The notes below the pieces were generated by a model that saw only the letters and a program-made list of their open reading frames with translations, had not been told where the DNA came from and did no database searches. A DNA stretch of 64,000 nt from Macrostomum lignano (Eukaryota), in the NCBI GenBank assembly GCA_002269645.1, contig NIVC01000773.1:186001-250000 (forward strand), in the 5' to 3' direction. Of the stretch, positions 23,701 through 37,204 are shown piece by piece. The position numbers and the translations under genes are program-made. How positions within the stretch are numbered: position 1 is the first letter of the stretch; each line of letters starts with the position of its first letter.

Positions 23701-26700
23701 AGTGTCTATGGTTTGTGAAGTGTGTATGGTTTGTGAAGTGTCTATGGTTTGTGAAGTGTCTATGGTTTGTGAAGTGTCTATGGTTTGTGAAGTGTCTATG
23801 GTTTGTGAAGTGTCTATGGTTTGTGAAGTGTGTATGGTTTGTGAAGTGTCTATGGTTTGTGAAGTGTCTATGGTTTGTGAAGTGTCTATGGTTTGTGAAG
23901 TGTCTATGGTTTGTGAAGTGTCTATGGTTTGTGAAGTGTCTATGGTTTGTGAAGTGTGTATGGTTTGTGAAGTGTCTATGGTTTGTGAAGTGTGTATGGT
24001 TTGTGAAGTGTCTATGGTTTGTGAAGTGTCTATGGTTTGTGAAGTGTCTATGGTTTGTGAAGTGTCTATGGTTTGTGAAGTGTCTATGGTTTGTGAAGTG
24101 TGTATGGTTTGTGAAGTGTCTATGGTTTGTGAAGTGTCTATGGTTTGTGAAGTGTCTATGGTTTGTGAAGTGTCTATGGTTTGTGAAGTGTCTATGGTTT
24201 GTGAAGTGTCTATGGTTTGTGAAGTGTCTATGGTTTGTGAAGTGTCTATGGTTTGTGAAGTGTCTATGGTTTGTGAAGTGTCTATGGTTTGTGAAGTGTC
24301 TATGGTTTGTGAAGTGTGTATGGTTTGTGAAGTGTCTATGGTTTGTGAAGTGTGTATGGTTTGTGAAGTGTCTATGGTTTGTGAAGTGTGTATGGTTTGT
24401 GAAGTGTCTATGGTTTGTGAAGTGTGTATGGTTTGTGAAGTGTGTATGGTTTGTGAAGTGTGTATGGTTTGTGAAGTGTGTATGGTTTGTGAAGTGTCTA
24501 TGGTTTGTGAAGTGTGTATGGTTTGTGAAGTGTGTATGGTTTGTGAAGTGTGTATGGTTTGTGAAGTGTGTATTGTTTGTGAAGTGTGTATGGTTTGTGA
24601 AGTGTCAATGGTTTGTGAAGTGTCTATGGTTTGTGAAGTGTCTATGGTTTGTGAAGTGTCTATGGTTTGTGAAGTGTCTATGGTTTGTGAAGTGTCTATG
24701 GTTTGTGAAGTGTCTATGGTTTGTGAAGTGTCTATGGTTTGTGAAGTGTCTATGGTTTGTGAAGTGTCTATGGTTTGTGAAGTGTCTATGGTTTGTGAAG
24801 TGTCTATGGTTTGTGAAGTGTCTATGGTTTGTGAAGTGTGTATGGTTTGTGAAGTGTGTATGGTTTGTGAAGTGTCTATGGTTTGTGAAGTGTCTATGGT
24901 TTGTGAAGTGTCTATGGTTTGTGAAGTGTCTATGGTTTGTGAAGTGTCTATGGTTTGTGAAGTGTGTATGGTTTGTGAAGTGTGTATGGTTTGTGAAGTG
25001 TGTATGGTTTGTGAAGTGTCTATGGTTTGTGAAGTGTCTATGGTTTGTGAAGTGTCTATGGTTTGTGAAGTGTCTATGGTTTGTGAAGTGTCTATGGTTT
25101 GTGAAGTGTCTATGGTTTGTGAAGTGTCTATGGTTTGTGAAGTGTGTATGGTTTGTGAAGTGTGTATGGTTTGTGAAGTGTCTATGGTTTGTGAAGTGTC
25201 TATGGTTTGTGAAGTGTCTATGGTTTGTGAAGTGTCTATGGTTTGTGAAGTGTCTATGGTTTGTGAAGTGTGTATGGTTTGTGAAGTGTCTATGGTTTGT
25301 GAAGTGTCTATGGTTTGTGAAGTGTCTATGGTTTGTGAAGTGTGTATGGTTTGTGAAGTGTGTATGGTTTGTGAAGTGTCTATGGTTTGTGAAGTGTGTA
25401 TGGTTTGTGAAGTGTCTATGGTTTGTGAAGTGTCTATGGTTTGTGAAGTGTCTATGGTTTGTGAAGTGTCTATGGTTTGTGAAGTGTCTATGGTTTGTGA
25501 AGTGTCTATGGTTTGTGAAGTGTCTATGGTTTGTGAAGTGTCTATGGTTTGTGAAGTGTCTATGGTTTGTGAAGTGTCTATGGTTTGTGAAGTGTCTATG
25601 GTTTGTGAAGTGTCTATGGTTTGTGAAGTGTCTATGGTTTGTGAAGTGTCTATGGTTTGTGAAGTGTGTATGGTTTGTGAAGTGTCTATGGTTTGTGAAG
25701 TGTCTATGGTTTGTGAAGTGTCTATGGTTTGTGAAGTGTCTATGGTTTGTGAAGTGTCTATGGTTTGTGAAGTGTCTATGGTTTGTGAAGTGTCTATGGT
25801 TTGTGAAGTGTCTATGGTTTGTGAAGTGTCTATGGTTTGTGAAGTGTGTATGGTTTGTGAAGTGTCTATGGTTTGTGAAGTGTCTATGGTTTGTGAAGTG
25901 TCTATGGTTTGTGAAGTGTCTATGGTTTGTGAAGTGTCTATGGTTTGTGAAGTGTGTATGGTTTGTGAAGTGTGTATGGTTTGTGAAGTGTCTATGGTTT
26001 GTGAAGTGTGTATGGTTTGTGAAGTGTCTATGGTTTGTGAAGTGTCTATGGTTTGTGAAGTGTCTATGGTTTGTGAAGTGTGTATGGTTTGTGAAGTGTG
26101 TATGGTTTGTGAAGTGTGTATGGTTTGTGAAGTGTGTATGGTTTGTGAAGTGTGTATGGTTTGTGAAGTGTGTATGGTTTGTGAAGTGTCTATGGTTTGT
26201 GAAGTGTGTATGGTTTGTGAAGTGTCTATGGTTTGTGAAGTGTCTATGGTTTGTGAAGTGTCTATGGTTTGTGAAGTGTCTATGGTTTGTGAAGTGTCTA
26301 TGGTTTGTGAAGTGTCTATGGTTTGTGAAGTGTCTATGGTTTGTGAAGTGTCTATGGTTTGTGAAGTGTGTATGGTTTGTGAAGTGTCTATGGTTTGTGA
26401 AGTGTGTATGGTTTGTGAAGTGTGTATGGTTTGTGAAGTGTGTATGGTTTGTGAAGTGTGTATGGTTTGTGAAGTGTGTATGGTTTGTGAAGTGTGTATG
26501 GTTTGTGAAGTGTGTATGGTTTGTGAAGTGTGTATGGTTTGTGAAGTGTGTATGGTTTGTGAAGTGTGTATGGTTTGTGAAGTGTCTATGGTTTGTGAAG
26601 TGTGTATGGTTTGTGAAGTGTGTATGGTTTGTGAAGTGTCAATGGTTTGTGAAGTGTCAATGGTTTGTGAAGTGTCTATGGTTTGTGAAGTGTCTATGGT

Positions 26701-29700
26701 TTGTGAAGTGTGTATGGTTTGTGAAGTGTCTATGGTTTGTGAAGTGTGTATGGTTTGTGAAGTGTCTATGGTTTGTGAAGTGTCTATGGTTTGTGAAGTG
26801 TCTATGGTTTGTGAAGTGTGTATGGTTTGTGAAGTGTCTATGGTTTGTGAAGTGTGTATGGTTTGTGAAGTGTCTATGGTTTGTGAAGTGTCTATGGTTT
26901 GTGAAGTGTCTATGGTTTGTGAAGTGTCTATGGTTTGTGAAGTGTCTATGGTTTGTGAAGTGTCTATGGTTTGTGAAGTGTCTATGGTTTGTGAAGTGTC
27001 TATGGTTTGTGAAGTGTCTATGGTTTGTGAAGTGTGTATGGTTTGTGAAGTGTGTATGGTTTGTGAAGTGTGTATGGTTTGTGAAGTGTGTATGGTTTGT
27101 GAAGTGTGTATGGTTTGTGAAGTGTGTATGGTTTGTGAAGTGTGTATGGTTTGTGAAGTGTGTATGGTTTGTGAAGTGTCTATGGTTTGTGAAGTGTCTA
27201 TGGTTTGTGAAGTGTCTATGGTTTGTGAAGTGTGTATGGTTTGTGAAGTGTCTATGGTTTGTGAAGTGTGTATGGTTTGTGAAGTGTCTATGGTTTGTGA
27301 AGTGTCTATGGTTTGTGAAGTGTCTATGGTTTGTGAAGTGTGTATGGTTTGTGAAGTGTGTATGGTTTGTGAAGTGTCTATGGTTTGTGAAGTGTCTATG
27401 GTTTGTGAAGTGTGTATGGTTTGTGAAGTGTGTATGGTTTGTGAAGTGTGTATGGTTTGTGAAGTGTCTATGGTTTGTGAAGTGTCTATGGTTTGTGAAG
27501 TGTCTATGGTTTGTGAAGTGTCTATGGTTTGTGAAGTGTCTATGGTTTGTGAAGTGTCTATGGTTTGTGAAGTGTCTATGGTTTGTGAAGTGTCTATGGT
27601 TTGTGAAGTGTCTATGGTTTGTGAAGTGTGTATGGTTTGTGAAGTGTCTATGGTTTGTGAAGTGTCTATGGTTTGTGAAGTGTCTATGGTTTGTGAAGTG
27701 TCTATGGTTTGTGAAGTGTCTATGGTTTGTGAAGTGTCTATGGTTTGTGAAGTGTCTATGGTTTGTGAAGTGTCTATGGTTTGTGAAGTGTCTATGGTTT
27801 GTGAAGTGTCTATGGTTTGTGAAGTGTCTATGGTTTGTGAAGTGTCTATGGTTTGTGAAGTGTCTATGGTTTGTGAAGTGTCTATGGTTTGTGAAGTGTC
27901 TATGGTTTGTGAAGTGTCTATGGTTTGTGAAGTGTGTATGGTTTGTGAAGTGTGTATGGTTTGTGAAGTGTGTATGGTTTGTGAAGTGTCTATGGTTTGT
28001 GAAGTGTGTATGGTTTGTGAAGTGTGTATGGTTTGTGAAGTGTCTATGGTTTGTGAAGTGTCAATGGTTTGTGAAGTGTCTATGGTTTGTGAAGTGTGTA
28101 TGGTTTGTGAAGTGTCTATGGTTTGTGAAGTGTCTATGGTTTGTGAAGTGTCTATGGTTTGTGAAGTGTCTATGGTTTGTGAAGTGTCTATGGTTTGTGA
28201 AGTGTCTATGGTTTGTGAAGTGTCTATGGTTTGTGAAGTGTCTATGGTTTGTGAAGTGTCTATGGTTTGTGAAGTGTCTATGGTTTGTGAAGTGTCTATG
28301 GTTTGTGAAGTGTCTATGGTTTGTGAAGTGTCTATGGTTTGTGAAGTGTCTATGGTTTGTGAAGTGTCTATGGTTTGTGAAGTGTCTATGGTTTGTGAAG
28401 TGTCTATGGTTTGTGAAGTGTCTATGGTTTGTGAAGTGTGTATGGTTTGTGAAGTGTGTATGGTTTGTGAAGTGTGTATGGTTTGTGAAGTGTGTATGGT
28501 TTGTGAAGTGTGTATGGTTTGTGAAGTGTGTATGGTTTGTGAAGTGTGTATGGTTTGTGAAGTGTGTATGGTTTGTGAAGTGTCAATGGTTTGTGAAGTG
28601 TCTATGGTTTGTGAAGTGTCTATGGTTTGTGAAGTGTGTATGGTTTGTGAAGTGTGTATGGTTTGTGAAGTGTGTATGGTTTGTGAAGTGTCTATGGTTT
28701 GTGAAGTGTCTATGGTTTGTGAAGTGTCTATGGTTTGTGAAGTGTCTATGGTTTGTGAAGTGTGTATGGTTTGTGAAGTGTGTATGGTTTGTGAAGTGTG
28801 TATGGTTTGTGAAGTGTGTATGGTTTGTGAAGTGTGTATGGTTTGTGAAGTGTGTATGGTTTGTGAAGTGTGTATGGTTTGTGAAGTGTGTATGGTTTGT
28901 GAAGTGTGTATGGTTTGTGAAGTGTGTATGGTTTGTGAAGTGTGTATGGTTTGTGAAGTGTCTATGGTTTGTGAAGTGTCTATGGTTTGTGAAGTGTCTA
29001 TGGTTTGTGAAGTGTCTATGGTTTGTGAAGTGTGTATGGTTTGTGAAGTGTCTATGGTTTGTGAAGTGTCTATGGTTTGTGAAGTGTCTATGGTTTGTGA
29101 AGTGTCTATGGTTTGTGAAGTGTCTATGGTTTGTGAAGTGTCTATGGTTTGTGAAGTGTCTATGGTTTGTGAAGTGTCTATGGTTTGTGAAGTGTCTATG
29201 GTTTGTGAAGTGTCTATGGTTTGTGAAGTGTCTATGGTTTGTGAAGTGTCTATGGTTTGTGAAGTGTCTATGGTTTGTGAAGTGTCTATGGTTTGTGAAG
29301 TGTGTATGGTTTGTGAAGTGTCTATGGTTTGTGAAGTGTCTATGGTTTGTGAAGTGTCTATGGTTTGTGAAGTGTCTATGGTTTGTGAAGTGTCTATGGT
29401 TTGTGAAGTGTCTATGGTTTGTGAAGTGTCTATGGTTTGTGAAGTGTCTATGGTTTGTGAAGTGTCTATGGTTTGTGAAGTGTCTATGGTTTGTGAAGTG
29501 TCTATGGTTTGTGAAGTGTCTATGGTTTGTGAAGTGTCTATGGTTTGTGAAGTGTCTATGGTTTGTGAAGTGTCTATGGTTTGTGAAGTGTCTATGGTTT
29601 GTGAAGTGTCTATGGTTTGTGAAGTGTGTATGGTTTGTGAAGTGTCTATGGTTTGTGAAGTGTGTATGGTTTGTGAAGTGTCTATGGTTTGTGAAGTGTC

Positions 29701-32700
29701 TATGGTTTGTGAAGTGTCTATGGTTTGTGAAGTGTCTATGGTTTGTGAAGTGTCTATGGTTTGTGAAGTGTCTATGGTTTGTGAAGTGTCTATGGTTTGT
29801 GAAGTGTGTATGGTTTGTGAAGTGTCTATGGTTTGTGAAGTGTGTATGGTTTGTGAAGTGTCTATGGTTTGTGAAGTGTCTATGGTTTGTGAAGTGTGTA
29901 TGGTTTGTGAAGTGTCTATGGTTTGTGAAGTGTGTATGGTTTGTGAAGTGTGTATGGTTTGTGAAGTGTGTATGGTTTGTGAAGTGTGTATGGTTTGTGA
30001 AGTGTCTATGGTTTGTGAAGTGTCTATGGTTTGTGAAGTGTGTATGGTTTGTGAAGTGTCTATGGTTTGTGAAGTGTCTATGGTTTGTGAAGTGTGTATG
30101 GTTTGTGAAGTGTCTATGGTTTGTGAAGTGTCTATGGTTTGTGAAGTGTCTATGGTTTGTGAAGTGTCTATGGTTTGTGAAGTGTGTATGGTTTGTGAAG
30201 TGTCTATGGTTTGTGAAGTGTCTATGGTTTGTGAAGTGTCTATGGTTTGTGAAGTGTCTATGGTTTGTGAAGTGTCTATGGTTTGTGAAGTGTCTATGGT
30301 TTGTGAAGTGTGTATGGTTTGTGAAGTGTGTATGGTTTGTGAAGTGTGTATGGTTTGTGAAGTGTGTATGGTTTGTGAAGTGTCTATGGTTTGTGAAGTG
30401 TGTATGGTTTGTGAAGTGTCTATGGTTTGTGAAGTGTCTATGGTTTGTGAAGTGTGTATGGTTTGTGAAGTGTGTATGGTTTGTGAAGTGTGTATGGTTT
30501 GTGAAGTGTCTATGGTTTGTGAAGTGTCTATGGTTTGTGAAGTGTCTATGGTTTGTGAAGTGTGTATGGTTTGTGAAGTGTCTATGGTTTGTGAAGTGTG
30601 TATGGTTTGTGAAGTGTCTATGGTTTGTGAAGTGTCTATGGTTTGTGAAGTGTCTATGGTTTGTGAAGTGTCTATGGTTTGTGAAGTGTCTATGGTTTGT
30701 GAAGTGTGTATGGTTTGTGAAGTGTGTATGGTTTGTGAAGTGTCTATGGTTTGTGAAGTGTGTATGGTTTGTGAAGTGTGTATGGTTTGTGAAGTGTGTA
30801 TGGTTTGTGAAGTGTCTATGGTTTGTGAAGTGTCTATGGTTTGTGAAGTGTCTATGGTTTGTGAAGTGTCTATGGTTTGTGAAGTGTGTATGGTTTGTGA
30901 AGTGTCTATGGTTTGTGAAGTGTCTATGGTTTGTGAAGTGTGTATGGTTTGTGAAGTGTCTATGGTTTGTGAAGTGTCTATGGTTTGTGAAGTGTCTATG
31001 GTTTGTGAAGTGTGTATGGTTTGTGAAGTGTGTATGGTTTGTGAAGTGTGTATGGTTTGTGAAGTGTGTATGGTTTGTGAAGTGTCTATGGTTTGTGAAG
31101 TGTGTATGGTTTGTGAAGTGTCTATGGTTTGTGAAGTGTCTATGGTTTGTGAAGTGTGTATGGTTTGTGAAGTGTGTATGGTTTGTGAAGTGTGTATGGT
31201 TTGTGAAGTGTCTATGGTTTGTGAAGTGTCTATGGTTTGTGAAGTGTGTATGGTTTGTGAAGTGTCTATGGTTTGTGAAGTGTCTATGGTTTGTGAAGTG
31301 TCTATGGTTTGTGAAGTGTCTATGGTTTGTGAAGTGTGTATGGTTTGTGAAGTGTCTATGGTTTGTGAAGTGTCTATGGTTTGTGAAGTGTGTATGGTTT
31401 GTGAAGTGTCTATGGTTTGTGAAGTGTCTATGGTTTGTGAAGTGTCTATGGTTTGTGAAGTGTGTATGGTTTGTGAAGTGTGTATGGTTTGTGAAGTGTG
31501 TATGGTTTGTGAAGTGTGTATGGTTTGTGAAGTGTGTATGGTTTGTGAAGTGTCTATGGTTTGTGAAGTGTCTATGGTTTGTGAAGTGTGTATGGTTTGT
31601 GAAGTGTCTATGGTTTGTGAAGTGTCTATGGTTTGTGAAGTGTGTATGGTTTGTGAAGTGTCTATGGTTTGTGAAGTGTCTATGGTTTGTGAAGTGTCTA
31701 TGGTTTGTGAAGTGTGTATGGTTTGTGAAGTGTGTATGGTTTGTGAAGTGTCTATGGTTTGTGAAGTGTCTATGGTTTGTGAAGTGTCTATGGTTTGTGA
31801 AGTGTCTATGGTTTGTGAAGTGTCTATGGTTTGTGAAGTGTCTATGGTTTGTGAAGTGTGTATGGTTTGTGAAGTGTGTATGGTTTGTGAAGTGTGTATG
31901 GTTTGTGAAGTGTGTATGGTTTGTGAAGTGTCTATGGTTTGTGAAGTGTGTATGGTTTGTGAAGTGTCTATGGTTTGTGAAGTGTCTATGGTTTGTGAAG
32001 TGTGTATGGTTTGTGAAGTGTGTATGGTTTGTGAAGTGTGTATGGTTTGTGAAGTGTCTATGGTTTGTGAAGTGTCTATGGTTTGTGAAGTGTCTATGGT
32101 TTGTGAAGTGTCTATGGTTTGTGAAGTGTGTATGGTTTGTGAAGTGTGTATGGTTTGTGAAGTGTGTATGGTTTGTGAAGTGTGTATGGTTTGTGAAGTG
32201 TCTATGGTTTGTGAAGTGTGTATGGTTTGTGAAGTGTCTATGGTTTGTGAAGTGTGTATGGTTTGTGAAGTGTGTATGGTTTGTGAAGTGTGTATGGTTT
32301 GTGAAGTGTCTATGGTTTGTGAAGTGAAGTGTCTATGGTTTGTGAAGTGTCTATGGTTTGTGAAGTGTCTATGGTTTGTGAAGTGTGTATGGTTGGTTTG
32401 TGAAGTGTCTATGTTTTGTGAAGTGTCTATGGTTTGTGAAGTGTGTATGGTTTGTGAAGTGTGTATGGTTTGTGAAGTGTGTATGGTTTGTGAAGTGTGT
32501 ATGGTTTGTGAAGTGTGTATGGTTTGTGAAGTGTGTATGGTTTGTGAAGTGTGTATGGTTTGTGAAGTGTCATGGTTTGTGAAGTGTCATGGTTTGTGAA
32601 GTGTCTATGGTTTGTGAAGTGTGTATGGTTTGTGAAGTGTCTATGGTTTGTGAAGTGTGTATGGTTTGTGAAGTGTCTATGGTTTGTGAAGTGTCTATGG

Positions 32701-35700
32701 TTTGTGAAGTGTGTATGGTTTGTGAAGTGTCTATGGTTTGTGAAGTGTGTATGGTTTGTGAAGTGTCTATGGTTTGTGAAGTGTGTATGGTTTGTGAAGT
32801 GTCTATGGTTTGTGAAGTGTGTATGGTTTGTGAAGTGTGTATGGTTTGTGAAGTGTGTATGGTTTGTGAAGTGTCTATGGTTTGTGAAGTGTCTATGGTT
32901 TGTGAAGTGTCTATGGTTTGTGAAGTGTCTATGGTTTGTGAAGTGTCTATGGTTTGTGAAGTGTCTATGGTTTGTGAAGTGTCTATGGTTTGTGAAGTGT
33001 GTATGGTTTGTGAAGTGTGTATGGTTTGTGAAGTGTCTATGGTTTGTGAAGTGTCTATGGTTTGTGAAGTGTCTATGGTTTGTGAAGTGTCTATGGTTTG
33101 TGAAGTGTCTATGGTTTGTGAAGTGTCTATGGTTTGTGAAGTGTGTATGGTTTGTGAAGTGTCTATGGTTTGTGAAGTGTCATGGTTTGTGAAGTGTCTA
33201 TGGTTTGTGAAGTGTCTATGGTTTGTGAAGTGTCTATGGTTTGTGAAGTGTCTATGGTTTGTGAAGTGTGTATGGTTTGTGAAGTGTCTATGGTTTGTGA
33301 AGTGTCTATGGTTTGTGAAGTGTCTATGGTTTGTGAAGTGTGTATGGTTTGTGAAGTGTGTATGGTTTGTGAAGTGTGTATGGTTTGTGAAGTGTGTATG
33401 GTTTGTGAAGTGTGTATGGTTTGTGAAGTGTGAAGTGTCTATGGTTTGTGAAGTGTCTATGGTTTGTGAAGTGTCATGGTTTGTGAAGTGTCTATGGTTT
33501 GTGAAGTGTGTATGGTTTGTGAAGTGTCTATGGTTTGTGAAGTGTGTATGGTTTGTGAAGTGTCTATGGTTTGTGAAGTGTCTATGGTTTGTGAAGTGTC
33601 TATGGTTTGTGAAGTGTGTATGGTTTGTGAAGTGTCTATGGTTTGTGAAGTGTGTATGGTTTGTGAAGTGTCTATGGTTTGTGAAGTGTCTATGGTTTGT
33701 GAAGTGTCTATGGTTTGTGAAGTGTCTATGGTTTGTGAAGTGTCTATGGTTTGTGAAGTGTGTATGGTTTGTGAAGTGTCTATGGTTTGTGAAGTGTGTA
33801 TGGTTTGTGAAGTGTCTATGGTTTGTGAAGTGTGTATGGTTTGTGAAGTGTATGGTTTGTGAAGTGTGTATGGTTTGTGAAGTGTGTATGGTTTGTGAAG
33901 TGTGTATGGTTTGTGAAGTGTGTATGGTTTGTGAAGTGTGTATGGTTTGTGAAGTGTGTATGGTTTGTGAAGTGTGTATGGTTTGTGAAGTGTGTATGGT
34001 TTGTGAAGTGTCTATGGTTTGTGAAGTGTGTATGGTTTGTGAAGTGTGTATGGTTTGTGAAGTGTCTATGGTTTGTGAAGTGTGTATGGTTTGTGAAGTG
34101 TCTATGGTTTGTGAAGTGTCTATGGTTTGTGAAGTGTCTATGGTTTGTGAAGTGTGTATGGTTTGTGAAGTGTGTATGGTTTGTGAAGTGTGTATGGTTT
34201 GTGAAGTGTGTATGGTTTGTGAAGTGTGTATGGTTTGTGAAGTGTGTATGGTTTGTGAAGTGTGTATGGTTTGTGAAGTGTCTATGGTTTGTGAAGTGTG
34301 TATGGTTTGTGAAGTGTGTATGGTTTGTGAAGTGTGTATGGTTTGTGAAGTGTCTATGGTTTGTGAAGTGTCTATGGTTTGTGAAGTGTCTATGGTTTGT
34401 GAAGTGTGTATGGTTTGTGAAGTGTCTATGGTTTGTGAAGTGTGTATGGTTTGTGAAGTGTCTATGGTTTGTGAAGTGTCTATGGTTTGTGAAGTGTCTA
34501 TGGTTTGTGAAGTGTCTATGGTTTGTGAAGTGTCTATGGTTTGTGAAGTGTGTATGGTTTGTGAAGTGTCTATGGTTTGTGAAGTGTGTATGGTTTGTGA
34601 AGTGTCTATGGTTTGTGAAGTGTCTATGGTTTGTGAAGTGTCTATGGTTTGTGAAGTGTCTATGGTTTGTGAAGTGTCTATGGTTTGTGAAGTGTGTATG
34701 GTTTGTGAAGTGTCTATGGTTTGTGAAGTGTCTATGGTTTGTGAAGTGTCTATGGTTTGTGAAGTGTCTATGGTTTGTGAAGTGTCTATGGTTTGTGAAG
34801 TGTCTATGGTTTGTGAAGTGTCTATGGTTTGTGAAGTGTCTATGGTTTGTGAAGTGTCTATGGTTTGTGAAGTGTCTATGGTTTGTGAAGTGTCTATGGT
34901 TTGTGAAGTGTCTATGGTTTGTGAAGTGTCTATGGTTTGTGAAGTGTCTATGGTTTGTGAAGTGTCTATGGTTTGTGAAGTGTCTATGGTTTGTGAAGTG
35001 TCTATGGTTTGTGAAGTGTCTATGGTTTGTGAAGTGTGTATGGTTTGTGAAGTGTCTATGGTTTGTGAAGTGTGTATGGTTTGTGAAGTGTCTATGGTTT
35101 GTGAAGTGTCTATGGTTTGTGAAGTGTCTATGGTTTGTGAAGTGTCTATGGTTTGTGAAGTGTCTATGGTTTGTGAAGTGTCTATGGTTTGTGAAGTGTC
35201 TATGGTTTGTGAAGTGTGTATGGTTTGTGAAGTGTCTATGGTTTGTGAAGTGTGTATGGTTTGTGAAGTGTCTATGGTTTGTGAAGTGTCTATGGTTTGT
35301 GAAGTGTGTATGGTTTGTGAAGTGTCTATGGTTTGTGAAGTGTGTATGGTTTGTGAAGTGTGTATGGTTTGTGAAGTGTGTATGGTTTGTGAAGTGTGTA
35401 TGGTTTGTGAAGTGTCTATGGTTTGTGAAGTGTCTATGGTTTGTGAAGTGTCTATGGTTTGTGAAGTGTCTATGGTTTGTGAAGTGTCTATGGTTTGTGA
35501 AGTGTGTATGGTTTGTGAAGTGTCTATGGTTTGTGAAGTGTCTATGGTTTGTGAAGTGTCTATGGTTTGTGAAGTGTCTATGGTTTGTGAAGTGTCTATG
35601 GTTTGTGAAGTGTCTATGGTTTGTGAAGTGTCTATGGTTTGTGAAGTGTCTATGGTTTGTGAAGTGTCTATGGTTTGTGAAGTGTCTATGGTTTGTGAAG

Positions 35701-36668
35701 TGTCTATGGTTTGTGAAGTGTGTATGGTTTGTGAAGTGTGTATGGTTTGTGAAGTGTGTATGGTTTGTGAAGTGTGTATGGTTTGTGAAGTGTCTATGGT
35801 TTGTGAAGTGTGTATGGTTTGTGAAGTGTCTATGGTTTGTGAAGTGTGTATGGTTTGTGAAGTGTGTATGGTTTGTGAAGTGTGTATGGTTTGTGAAGTG
35901 TGTATGGTTTGTGAAGTGTCTATGGTTTGTGAAGTGTCTATGGTTTGTGAAGTGTCTATGGTTTGTGAAGTGTGTATGGTTTGTGAAGTGTCTATGGTTT
36001 GTGAAGTGTGTATGGTTTGTGAAGTGTCTATGGTTTGTGAAGTGTCTATGGTTTGTGAAGTGTCTATGGTTTGTGAAGTGTCTATGGTTTGTGAAGTGTC
36101 TATGGTTTGTGAAGTGTCTATGGTTTGTGAAGTGTGTATGGTTTGTGAAGTGTGTATGGTTTGTGAAGTGTGTATGGTTTGTGAAGTGTCTATGGTTTGT
36201 GAAGTGTGTATGGTTTGTGAAGTGTCTATGGTTTGTGAAGTGTCTATGGTTTGTGAAGTGTCTATGGTTTGTGAAGTGTCTATGGTTTGTGAAGTGTCTA
36301 TGGTTTGTGAAGTGTCTATGGTTTGTGAAGTGTCTATGGTTTGTGAAGTGTCTATGGTTTGTGAAGTGTCTATGGTTTGTGAAGTGTGTATGGTTTGTGA
36401 AGTGTCTATGGTTTTTGTGAAGTGTGTATGGTTTGTGAAGTGTCTATGGTTTGTGAAGTGTGTATGGTTTGTGAAGTGTGTATGGTTTGTGAAGTGTGTA
36501 TGGTTTGTGAAGTGTCTATGGTTTGTGAAGTGTCTATGGTTTGTGAAGTGTGTATGGTTTGTGAAGTGTGTATGGTTTGTGAAGTGTGTATGGTTTGTGA
36601 AGTGTCTATGGTTTGTGAAGTGTCTATGGTTTGTGAAGTGTGTATGGTTTGTGAAGTGTCAATGGTTT
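20795..36668. repeat. ~15.9-kb satellite of 18-bp ATGGTTTGTGAAGTGT(C/G)T, ~880 copies
   Basis: Direct reading; two dominant variants; more substitutions and indels near 20.8-23.6 kb and 32.3-33.9 kb. Confidence 0.98.
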
Positions 36669-37204
36669 CCAGCGTTGTTCATTTTTATCGAGATCCCACA
36701 GTGGAACTTTTTTTGCTGTTCAACTACCGAAAGAAACTGCTTTTTTAATTGCCCGTGCTGAAGCCTCGAGCTGGCTTTGAGACACCTGGAAAATGTTTGC
36801 AGAAAGTCCTTTACCTACAGGCCTTGGCCTATAAGCTGCTAACGGGATAAATGAATGAACAGCTGTCCCTCCCATGCCTGTCGTGTCTCCCACCCTCATA
36901 TCCTCACCCTACACTCGTGCAGTTGATTGACAACTCCACTGAGGCGTCAGCAAAATCACCCAGCGGATTCCAAATATCCTCCTTATAGATCTTAAATCTC
37001 ACGGGCCTTTAAAGTAGGGAGAGACCGATTCAATTGGGCACACTTGACCCCTGACCTCCCTGACCCCCTCACTTCGCGCAAAGCCTCAGTCTGGGACTTC
37101 AAAAAGCTCCCATATATATTAAATCGGTTGGCCTCAAGACCAGACTTTTTTATAGTTGAAAATCTGATACTGAAGTGATTTGTTTCACAATGTTGCAGAA
37201 AAAT

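Noticed and set aside
20695-36761. Giant ORFs (MVCEVS, WFVKCL and HRHFTN repeats, up to 3065 aa)
   Set aside because: These come from an 18-bp unit that lacks stops in four of six frames. There is no synonymous variation, several frames are open at once, and the array is intronic.
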